DNA of 31,922 bases from a virus (taxonomy: Duplodnaviria > Heunggongvirae > Uroviricota > Caudoviricetes): IMG/VR virus record IMGVR_UViG_2585427777_000013. The stretch is one strand, 5' to 3'. Below are positions 25,208-31,922 of this stretch, piece by piece. The notes below the pieces were generated by a model that worked only from the letters and a program-made list of their open reading frames with translations, made no database searches and had not been told where the DNA came from. Numbering within the stretch: position 1 is the first letter of the stretch; each line of letters begins with the position of its first letter. The translations under genes and the position numbers were made by a program.

Positions 25208-25897
25208 ATGAGTTTGATTGATTTAAGAGATGAATACGAAGAAAGAGCAAGAGATATTATGGAATTGCTTTCTCTTGCGTCATCTTTAGAGGCTCAGACT
25301 CAGCAGTTAGATCAGCAAACGCATAAAGATGAAATAGAATCAAATACCCTTAGGGTTAACATTTTAAAATCATCCGTGCACATGATGCTGTACAATCAGG
25401 TTGAAAACACTGCCAGAGGATGCATTGAGTCAATTTATGACCATTTGCAAGATAATGAAGTAAATTACGCATCACTCAGGGAGAAATTCCAAGTAAATAT
25501 CTTGCACCGTATCATTTCAGATAATGAATCGGGAAAATCTCTTTATCAAAAAATTGGTTCCGATATATCTAAAAGGATCATTTCAGCCTCATTAAACATA
25601 CGTAAAGAATTCAATGGTAATGTTTGCAAGTCTGTATTGCACAAAATAACACAAGCTTACGGAATAACTGTTGCAAACTCACCAGAGTGTAGAAATGGTG
25701 TTGACTTAGATTTACTTAAAGATATCAGAAATGAGCTGGCACATGGAAGTACCAGCTTTTCTAAAAAAGGTCAAATAGACCCTTTAGAAGAAGTCAAATC
25801 GAGGTCAGAAAGAATTGATCTATATTTGCGTTTATTAATCAACTCAACAGAAAATTATATTACCTCTAACGGGTATTTATCCCCTCAACATGTCTGA
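25208..25897 (+). CDS. Predicted HEPN-domain protein (R-x4-H motif), partner of the DUF262 gene
   Basis: 229 aa; C-terminal LKDIRNELAHGSTSF contains R-x4-H; ATG 2 nt after the DUF262 stop with AGGA ribosome-binding site; predicted helical. Confidence 0.6.
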   Translation: MSLIDLRDEYEERARDIMELLSLASSLEAQTQQLDQQTHKDEIESNTLRVNILKSSVHMMLYNQVENTARGCIESIYDHLQDNEVNYASLREKFQVNILHRIISDNESGKSLYQKIGSDISKRIISASLNIRKEFNGNVCKSVLHKITQAYGITVANSPECRNGVDLDLLKDIRNELAHGSTSFSKKGQIDPLEEVKSRSERIDLYLRLLINSTENYITSNGYLSPQHV

Positions 25898-26906
25898 TAA
25901 ATGTTTCCCCTATTATCTGACCAATTATAGGGGGAACAGCATTTCCAATCATTGTCCCCAATTTTTGGAATGAAAAAGGCGTCTCCTTGTCAAGGAATTT
26001 ATAATCCATTGGAAAGGATTGCAAAATCGCAGCTTCACGCAAAGTTATGGCGCGATTTTGCTCAGGATGGCCAAATCGTCCATTTCCATATCCATAACAC
26101 TGGGTAGTTATCGTAGGGCTAGTATCGTCCCAAACCATCCGTCCATAAACGCTTTTATAGGTAGCACCTGAATTCTTTTTATGACAGTCTGCTCTAATTT
26201 CTTCAGGCCAGTCATCCCACGTACCACCAGGTAAAGAATGCATGATTCGTTTAAGATTGATATCCATCAATTTAGGCGAACGATGCAAGGGATCGCTTTC
26301 CAGCTTCTCACCTGCCCCTACTTTTGGCAACCTACCAATAGCATCCTTAACAGTAACTTTACGGCTAACTTTTTTTTGATCAAGGCTGATCGGCCCCAAT
26401 TGGGAACCAATTAGAATTAATCTACGTCTATTTTGAGGTAAGCCATACTCAGAACATCTTACAACGTCGTACCACAAATGATATCCAAGAGTCTTTAATG
26501 CACTAACAAACCCTTCAAAAACCTTATGGTTTCTAAGTTGAGGAACATTCTCCATCGTCACAAGCTCTGGCATTACATCACTTACAAGCCTTTGAAACTC
26601 ATATAACAAACGCCACTTTGTATCGTCTTTACGGCTATTTGGATTACGATACTTGGAAAACGGTTGGCAAGGAGCACATCCAGCAAGCAATCTAATATTT
26701 CCTTCCTTGAACATAGCAGACACATCGCAGGATTGCAGTTCTGTAACTGACTGATTAATGAACTGCGTTAAAGGATTATTGCTCTCAATAGCAAAACGGC
26801 AGGATTCATCAATATCAATACCATGAGAAACCTCAATCCCGGCTTTTTTTAGCCCAAAAGTTAAGCCCCCCGCACCACAAAAAATGTCTACTGCCTGAAT
26901 GTTCAC
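25866..26906 (-). CDS. DNA (cytosine-5)-methyltransferase, no restriction endonuclease gene recognised nearby
   Basis: 346 aa; motif I DIFCGAGG, motif IV GCAPCQPFS, motif VI ENV, motif VIII QNRRR; GTG start with GGAGA ribosome-binding site; 3' end overlaps the HEPN gene 3' end by 32 nt on the opposite strand. Confidence 0.9.
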   Translation of the reverse strand: MNIQAVDIFCGAGGLTFGLKKAGIEVSHGIDIDESCRFAIESNNPLTQFINQSVTELQSCDVSAMFKEGNIRLLAGCAPCQPFSKYRNPNSRKDDTKWRLLYEFQRLVSDVMPELVTMENVPQLRNHKVFEGFVSALKTLGYHLWYDVVRCSEYGLPQNRRRLILIGSQLGPISLDQKKVSRKVTVKDAIGRLPKVGAGEKLESDPLHRSPKLMDINLKRIMHSLPGGTWDDWPEEIRADCHKKNSGATYKSVYGRMVWDDTSPTITTQCYGYGNGRFGHPEQNRAITLREAAILQSFPMDYKFLDKETPFSFQKLGTMIGNAVPPIIGQIIGETFIRHVEGINTR

Positions 26907-26924
26907 AAGATTCTCCGTTACTTT

Positions 26925-26950
26925 ATCCTGGTATTATATACACATAAAAG
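26925..26950 (-). promoter_or_regulatory. Candidate promoter in the 63-nt gap between Q and the methyltransferase (extended -10-like TGTGTATATAAT); possible pR'
   Basis: Minus strand reads ..ctttcccaacttttatgtgTATATAATaccagg..; no convincing -35; position matches where pR' follows Q in lambdoid phages. Confidence 0.25.
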
Positions 26951-26969
26951 TTGGGAAAGTAGAACGATT

Positions 26970-27338
26970 TTACATAGAACTTAAGTCATTGTAGTAAATG
27001 AAAAATGACAAGCAGCCATCAATAAACCCCATTGCTGTTTGCATCTCTTTCCGTATTGTTCCATCTGAACATTTCCGTTTTTTAGCAATAGCGCGTAATG
27101 AGATACCAATAACAAAGTGAGCAATGATCAACTCATACTCTTCGGGTTTATACTTTCGCAACCGAGCCACACAACCGTCTATCATGATACCTTCGTCATC
27201 ATCACACTGGAGACGTGACTTTTTACCGTGTGGTAAAAGCCCCTTGAAGCCTGCTGCTATCGGCTGCCAGTCCACACCACTGTTATCTGCTGCAGCCCAG
27301 GCCCCCCAACGATCTAAAACTTCGTACATATCACGCAT
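26970..27338 (-). CDS. Q: Late-gene antitermination protein Q (Q82/QuuD-type)
   Basis: 122 aa, MRDMYEVLDRWGAWAA..IAAGFKGL..C.DD...I..GC.ARL.K.. resembles DLP12 QuuD as remembered; lies between replication genes and the late region. Confidence 0.7.
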   Translation of the reverse strand: MRDMYEVLDRWGAWAAADNSGVDWQPIAAGFKGLLPHGKKSRLQCDDDEGIMIDGCVARLRKYKPEEYELIIAHFVIGISLRAIAKKRKCSDGTIRKEMQTAMGFIDGCLSFFIYYNDLSSM

Positions 27339-27604
27339 CAGCGCAGTACCTCCTGCACCAGTTTTTCAAACTTACCAACTCTGGTTTCCAGCTCTGCCAC
27401 ACAATCCACCAGCTCATCCACTGCTTTTTGTGCACGGTGTTTTGCCTGCAGCAGATCACGAAGCGCCGGAGTAAGCTGCTTGCGGAGCGTATCTTTTTTC
27501 ACGCTCGTTTTTTCCATCTGTTCAGCACAACGAAGCATCTCCTGCGCCTGCCGACGAAGTTGTTCCGGTGAAACAGTGATTGTTCTGTTGTTCAAAATAA
27601 ACAC
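27338..27604 (-). CDS. Hypothetical coiled-coil protein
   Basis: 88 aa ORF between the helicase and Q; GTG at 27604 with poor ribosome-binding site, alternative ATGs at 27538 and 27517. Confidence 0.35.
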   Translation of the reverse strand: MFILNNRTITVSPEQLRRQAQEMLRCAEQMEKTSVKKDTLRKQLTPALRDLLQAKHRAQKAVDELVDCVAELETRVGKFEKLVQEVLR

Positions 27605-28992
27605 TCCGTTTTACTGCCCGACATGCGGTTATTGCTGTATCTGCGCGGATTGCCCGGCGTCATGGGTGTGGAAAGAACCCGGGCACTCTCCTGGTCCACA
27701 GGCAGAAAATGTCCGTTATGAAAACGCCGGTAAATGGTCCCGAGCGTGCCATTACGCTGTTTCGTGATGTTGATTTCTGCTATGCCTCTGGCCTGAGTTT
27801 CCGGGTTGTATACCTCATCCCTGTAAAGCATCAGAATGATGTCGGCATCCGCCTCGATTTCCCCGGAGTTTTTCAGGTCCGAGTTCATTGGGCGTTTATT
27901 GGGTCTGGATTCCACGCCGCGGGAGAGCTGGCTCAGAGCAATCAGCGGAAAACCGCCGGATTTTGCCAGGCTTTTAAGTCCCTTTGAGATTTCCCCCACC
28001 GCAAGGTCGTGACGCCCCGTGCTGCGGGTTTTAATCAGGCCGAGGTAATCGACCACCACCAGCGCCGTTTCCGGGTGTTTCATCCGGTGGTGCTTCGTGG
28101 TTGCACATATCTCATCAATGGTCAGGTTTGCCTGGTCCACCATCCAGATATTACGCCCCGTCATTCGTCCCACGCCCTGCGAGAAACGCGCCCAGTCTTC
28201 ATCTTCAAAACGGGCAACAGACTTAAGACGGGATACCGGCATTCCACCGGCAGCAGACACCATGCGTTCACCAATCTGGATGTTCGCCATCTCCATGGTG
28301 AACAGAAGCACGCCATGCCCCTGCTCAGTCACCTTGTCGATGATGTCCAGCGCAAGTTCGGTTTTCCCCATCGAAGGACGGGCGGCAATGAATACCAGGT
28401 CTCCGGGCTCCATACCGCCCGTTTTTGCGTCCAGTTCATCAATACCGGTCATCAGCGCCCTGGATTTCTCCAGTCCCTGATTGCGGCATTCAACACGGTC
28501 GACCACTTCCGGAAGGACATCATCAATGTGAACCGGCTGAATGACGCCCTTTCCGGTCGACAGTGAGGCCATCATGTTCTGCGCATCCTTCAGGGCATCC
28601 TCGGCTGCTTCACAGGTATACGCATCACGTAAATTCTGTAATGCTTCAGTCAGTGTTTTTTCTGCATCACGCAGTGCGGCATTGCGCCGCAACGCTGCGA
28701 CATAGTGCTCCAGTGAAGACTTCACCCAGGTTTTGCGTCCGGTGTCGGTAATCACCGGGGCAAGTTCCGGCATCTCATTGCACAGCAGTACGGGGTCAAT
28801 GACGCCGGATATGCGAGCCTGTCTGCAAATCCCCGCGTAAATATCCCGGTACTGACGCACAAAAAATACATCCGCCGGAAGTGTGGCCAGAATATCCATC
28901 ACTTCCGGATCGGCCCCACGCAGAAAAAACGCACCGATGACAGCGCCTTCCAGGTCATCGTTACGCCATGCCGGGGTGTTCTGGCTGGTCAT
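27592..28992 (-). CDS. Replicative DNA helicase (DnaB family)
   Basis: 466 aa; DnaB-type Walker A (AARPSMGKTELALD) and other RecA-fold helicase motifs; ATG start. Confidence 0.9.
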   Translation of the reverse strand: MTSQNTPAWRNDDLEGAVIGAFFLRGADPEVMDILATLPADVFFVRQYRDIYAGICRQARISGVIDPVLLCNEMPELAPVITDTGRKTWVKSSLEHYVAALRRNAALRDAEKTLTEALQNLRDAYTCEAAEDALKDAQNMMASLSTGKGVIQPVHIDDVLPEVVDRVECRNQGLEKSRALMTGIDELDAKTGGMEPGDLVFIAARPSMGKTELALDIIDKVTEQGHGVLLFTMEMANIQIGERMVSAAGGMPVSRLKSVARFEDEDWARFSQGVGRMTGRNIWMVDQANLTIDEICATTKHHRMKHPETALVVVDYLGLIKTRSTGRHDLAVGEISKGLKSLAKSGGFPLIALSQLSRGVESRPNKRPMNSDLKNSGEIEADADIILMLYRDEVYNPETQARGIAEINITKQRNGTLGTIYRRFHNGHFLPVDQESARVLSTPMTPGNPRRYSNNRMSGSKTECLF

Positions 28993-29888
28993 GCGGCAAC
29001 ACCTCCGATACGAGAACGGTAGCTGGGCCAGTTAAACGACAACCAGTTGCGCCCGCCATCGGTGATCCTGTCGGCAATCCGGGGACTGATGAACGCCCAC
29101 AATTCTTCCGGTGAAAGGTTGCTGATCAGGATAGTTGGCAAAATACCCTCATACCGGGCATTGATAATTTCCTGCAAAATGGCCATTTCAGCCGCACTGC
29201 CAAACTGAACGCCGACTTCGTCGACAATCAGCAAATCCAGTGACGCATAATGCTCAATGACGTCATCCGCTGTTTTTTCACTGTCATTCCGCCAGCAGTT
29301 TTTCACAGCCCGGGTAAGGCGCATCACGTCGGTGATCTCCACACTGGCCAGATAGTTACGGATGATGTGTTTTGCCATTGATACCGCCAGATGATTTTTC
29401 CCGGTACCGCAACTGCCGGTCATAACAAGACTGGTACCGTTCTCCAGCATATCTGGCCAGTTCTCCGCATAGCGGCGACAGGCCGCAAGATTTCTGGCTG
29501 CGTCAGGATTAACCTCCAGATAATTATCAAACTCGCAGTCCCGAAAACGCAGAGCAATTCCGGCGTTATCAGTCAGTTCTTCCGCCTTGAGGGACGACAG
29601 TTCCATGGTCAAATCACTGGCCTCAGCGATCAAGCAGTCAGGGCAGCATGAAATTTTTTCTCTGTCCTCGCCATTACGATCGATCCACACCAGTATATGC
29701 GTACGATATTTACCGTGTTTTTCGCAATATCCGCGACCTTCACGCATCAGGCAGGAACGATAAGGCCATGGCTTTTCGCCCTTCTGAGCAAATGCAATCT
29801 CTGCCCGTAACTCATCCATTTCTGCCCGTAACTCATCCATTCGCGCCTGTAGTCTTGTTTGTTTCTCACGTTGGTCAATCGTCATCAT
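28989..29888 (-). CDS. DnaC-like helicase loader ATPase (IstB/DnaC AAA+), N-terminal Cys-rich region
   Basis: Walker A GSCGTGKNHLA and Walker B LLIVDEVG; start placed at an ATG with GAGGT ribosome-binding site (the track ORF starts at a GTG 3 codons upstream); contains a 21-bp in-frame tandem duplication. Confidence 0.85.
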   Translation of the reverse strand: MMTIDQREKQTRLQARMDELRAEMDELRAEIAFAQKGEKPWPYRSCLMREGRGYCEKHGKYRTHILVWIDRNGEDREKISCCPDCLIAEASDLTMELSSLKAEELTDNAGIALRFRDCEFDNYLEVNPDAARNLAACRRYAENWPDMLENGTSLVMTGSCGTGKNHLAVSMAKHIIRNYLASVEITDVMRLTRAVKNCWRNDSEKTADDVIEHYASLDLLIVDEVGVQFGSAAEMAILQEIINARYEGILPTILISNLSPEELWAFISPRIADRITDGGRNWLSFNWPSYRSRIGGVAA

Positions 29889-29898
29889 CGCTGTCACC

Positions 29899-30891
29899 TC
29901 AGAATGTCAATTTGTTACTGGATTTACCGAATTTGTCAGACATGGCTCCCAGGCCAGCCAGGACATCGACCTGTCGCTGTCGCCCACCTCCGTGAGCGGC
30001 TGGCTGTTGCCAGTAATCTTCGAAGTGACGATCGGGTCCAAAGAACGTCGCAGCCTGCTTCACGAACTGTGTGCCGGTATTTCCTGTAGCACGTACCCAG
30101 GCGGCATACCGCTTCACGCCATCAAGCATGGTCTCCGGTTTTATTCCCTCCCTGATACGGGCTTTCCAGGCTTTGAAGGCTGCTGACTTGGAATTGCCAC
30201 CAGCACGTTTGGGATATTCCTGCCAGGCCTGTTCAAATTCCGGTGAATATTCCTGTCGGGCAGAACGCGCTGGCGCAGACGCGTCAGCGGATGCATCAAT
30301 AGTGTTTTTAGTCTCCGTTGTAATCTCTGTAGTAATCTCTGTATTTGTATCAACATTCGGCGTATCCCCTGTTCCGTTATGACGTCGGGGGGTGTTCCGT
30401 TTTAACGTAATAGCTGTATCGCTGATTGCATTATTGCTGTTACTTTCTGGCGAAACAGAAGAAGGTGTGGTGATGGCCGCAATTGCCTGTGGGTTGATCC
30501 CGACAAACAAAATATTGCTGCATTTCACCCCATCGAGCATTTCCACCGTGCGTAAATCCAGAGTAATAAACCCTGCATCGCGCAGACGCTTCAGCGCATC
30601 TGCGGTTTCCCTTTTCCCGAAACCAAACTGCTCAGCAAACGCCTGGTAGCTTCTTTGCAGTTTGTCGCCCTGAAAACGCTTGCGATATCCCAACAACGCT
30701 CCGGTGTGCTCATCCCTGACCTCTGTCGGGCGGTACCAGTAAACGATCTCTGAAAGCAGAGCGATAGCCGTCGCATCCGGACGCCCACTGGGTAGTCGAA
30801 TATATTTCCACCAGTTCGCAGGTGTAACATTGCCGGAAATATTAATTTGACCAATAGCCATAACTTCCGGTGTGGGGGCGTAACGGCTCAT
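29899..30891 (-). CDS. Phage replication initiation protein (O-like / replisome organizer)
   Basis: 330 aa, position immediately upstream of the loader and helicase; AAGGAGG ribosome-binding site; internal low-complexity linker TEITTEITTE encoded by short DNA direct repeats. Confidence 0.65.
   Translation of the reverse strand: MSRYAPTPEVMAIGQINISGNVTPANWWKYIRLPSGRPDATAIALLSEIVYWYRPTEVRDEHTGALLGYRKRFQGDKLQRSYQAFAEQFGFGKRETADALKRLRDAGFITLDLRTVEMLDGVKCSNILFVGINPQAIAAITTPSSVSPESNSNNAISDTAITLKRNTPRRHNGTGDTPNVDTNTEITTEITTETKNTIDASADASAPARSARQEYSPEFEQAWQEYPKRAGGNSKSAAFKAWKARIREGIKPETMLDGVKRYAAWVRATGNTGTQFVKQAATFFGPDRHFEDYWQQPAAHGGGRQRQVDVLAGLGAMSDKFGKSSNKLTF
30311..30345. repeat. Short tandem direct repeats (about 2.5 copies of a 12-bp unit) inside the O-like gene; possible origin iterons
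   Basis: Plus-strand taatctctgta at 30321..30331 and 30333..30343 with a partial flanking copy. Confidence 0.35.
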
Positions 30892-31187
30892 ACAACCTCC
30901 TTCCGCGGCATGAGAATTGTGTAGCCACGCGCAGGTTGTAGTCTGGCTTTTGCATCAATAGTAAGCGTTGCAATTTTTCGGATATGAAGATAACCAGCTC
31001 TTTCCAGTGCCAGGGTTTCCCTGAATATCGCTTGCTTAGAACAACAGCAGAAATCAGCAAGCACCTGATGATCAATAACTCTCTCGCCTTCACCGTCTGA
31101 AGAACCCGACATCAAAACACGCAACATAATCAGGCGCTGAATCGGGTTATCGAAAGCACATCCGCACACAAACTGAAAACAGTTCAC
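30888..31187 (-). CDS. Hypothetical protein (early operon, cII position, not cII-like in sequence)
   Basis: 99 aa ORF, GTG start with GGGAGGT ribosome-binding site; start overlaps the upstream gene stop. Confidence 0.4.
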   Translation of the reverse strand: MNCFQFVCGCAFDNPIQRLIMLRVLMSGSSDGEGERVIDHQVLADFCCCSKQAIFRETLALERAGYLHIRKIATLTIDAKARLQPARGYTILMPRKEVV

Positions 31188-31408
31188 GCCACACCTCCCA
31201 GACGCTTAAACATTTTTCCAGACAGAAATACCGCCAGAGGGTAACTGATGGTGTAGCTACGCCCCTGTAGTTCGCACACGACTTTCTGGCTTTCAGCGTT
31301 GACTAGGCAAACCCGCAGAACGTGACCGTTGCTGGTGGCGAACCACTGCCCCACACGGGGGCAACGGTTGTATCGGTGATACAGGGAATTAACGATGTGG
31401 CGGATCAT
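31184..31408 (-). CDS. Hypothetical protein
   Basis: 74 aa ORF with ATG start, translationally coupled to its neighbours. Confidence 0.4.
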   Translation of the reverse strand: MIRHIVNSLYHRYNRCPRVGQWFATSNGHVLRVCLVNAESQKVVCELQGRSYTISYPLAVFLSGKMFKRLGGVA

Positions 31409-31599
31409 GGACGCACCTCCGCCGTAGTTACGTATTTAACCGGGCTACCTTTCATTGAGATGGTTTCACACATCTCTGCCGCTTTCAGTTCCGCTGTTTT
31501 TCTGGATTTATAGCGACGGTGCCAGACAGATACATCCGTGCGAACTGATACATCGTTTCTGTATTCCGTAGTGGAGATGATGATTTCGTAACTAATCAT
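31405..31599 (-). CDS. Hypothetical protein
   Basis: 64 aa ORF with ATG start, start overlaps the upstream stop. Confidence 0.4.
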   Translation of the reverse strand: MISYEIIISTTEYRNDVSVRTDVSVWHRRYKSRKTAELKAAEMCETISMKGSPVKYVTTAEVRP

Positions 31600-31922
31600 G
31601 GGCGAACCTCCTTGTCAGAACCATTCAGCCTGGAATCAACAAGTGCAGCGCCAAAAACAGCATCACCAACACGGTCGTACAGTTTGCTAGCCAGCGGAGA
31701 TTCAACGGCCTTAAGCATTGGATAAAGCTGGCTTGTCCAGATTTGATGGATTTCACGCAAATGCAGGTATACGCCTCTGGCGTTTCGTGCGACAGCTGAC
31801 ATATCAACCGCGTCAGCACCAGATAAATTCTTCTCCATCTGGTTAAAGGCGTTGATGTATGCCTCTTTGAACCGGGCTGCACGTTTGCCAGTAAAGCCCA
31901 TAGCAAGGAACGCGAAGCCATC
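31596..31922 (-). CDS. Hypothetical phage protein, C-terminal part; frame stays open to the window edge
   Basis: Frame is open upstream of the Met at 31901 through 31922 (..DGFAFLAMGFTGKRAARFKEAYINAFNQME..), so this is probably the C-terminus of a longer protein. Confidence 0.45.
   Translation of the reverse strand, partial: DGFAFLAMGFTGKRAARFKEAYINAFNQMEKNLSGADAVDMSAVARNARGVYLHLREIHQIWTSQLYPMLKAVESPLASKLYDRVGDAVFGAALVDSRLNGSDKEVRP

Larger units (their letters stand above)
1..31922 (-). mobile_element. Lambdoid prophage segment (early/replication, late regulation, lysis, cos, head and tail modules), all core genes on the minus strand
   Basis: Collinear lambda-like order of recognisable proteins K-L-M-H-GT-V-U-Z-FII-FI-E-D-C-B-W-A-Nu1, cos, Rz/Rz1, endolysin, holin, Q, helicase, loader and initiator. 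Confidence 0.9.

Noticed and set aside
1-31922. Integrase, excisionase and attachment sites
   Set aside because: Nothing resembling a tyrosine recombinase or att core is visible; the window does not include the prophage ends.

Overview
The window is almost entirely one lambdoid prophage segment, encoded on the minus strand, so gene order runs from high to low coordinates. From the high end: three small early-operon ORFs (one cut by the window edge); a replication module (O-like initiator, DnaC-like loader, DnaB-like helicase); a Q antiterminator of the Q82/QuuD type; a roughly 4 kb visibly AT-rich cargo block (C5 cytosine DNA methyltransferase, a convergent plus-strand DUF262/ParB-like + HEPN two-gene operon, a small HTH ORF, an AraC-family regulator); three tRNA genes in the ileZ-argN-argO arrangement of Shiga-toxin phages; a TerB-domain gene plus a tiny hydrophobic ORF where Stx phages carry stxAB; a NanS-p-like sialate O-acetylesterase; a lysis cassette (S21-type pinholin, two inserted ORFs, SAR endolysin, Rz/Rz1); a TonB-C-domain lipoprotein and a ylcI-like gene; the cos site; then lambda-like head genes (Nu1, A, W, B, C/Nu3, D, E, FI, FII) and tail genes (Z, U, V, G/GT with a -1 frameshift, H, M, L, start of K). 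No stx genes, integrase, attachment site or CRISPR array are in the window. The strongest candidate for an undescribed system is the translationally coupled DUF262 + HEPN operon with the adjacent, 3'-overlapping methyltransferase. Secondary candidates are the two-ORF insertion inside the lysis cassette and the TonB-C lipoprotein. All calls rest on reading the translations and DNA by eye against remembered protein families; no database search or computation was run.
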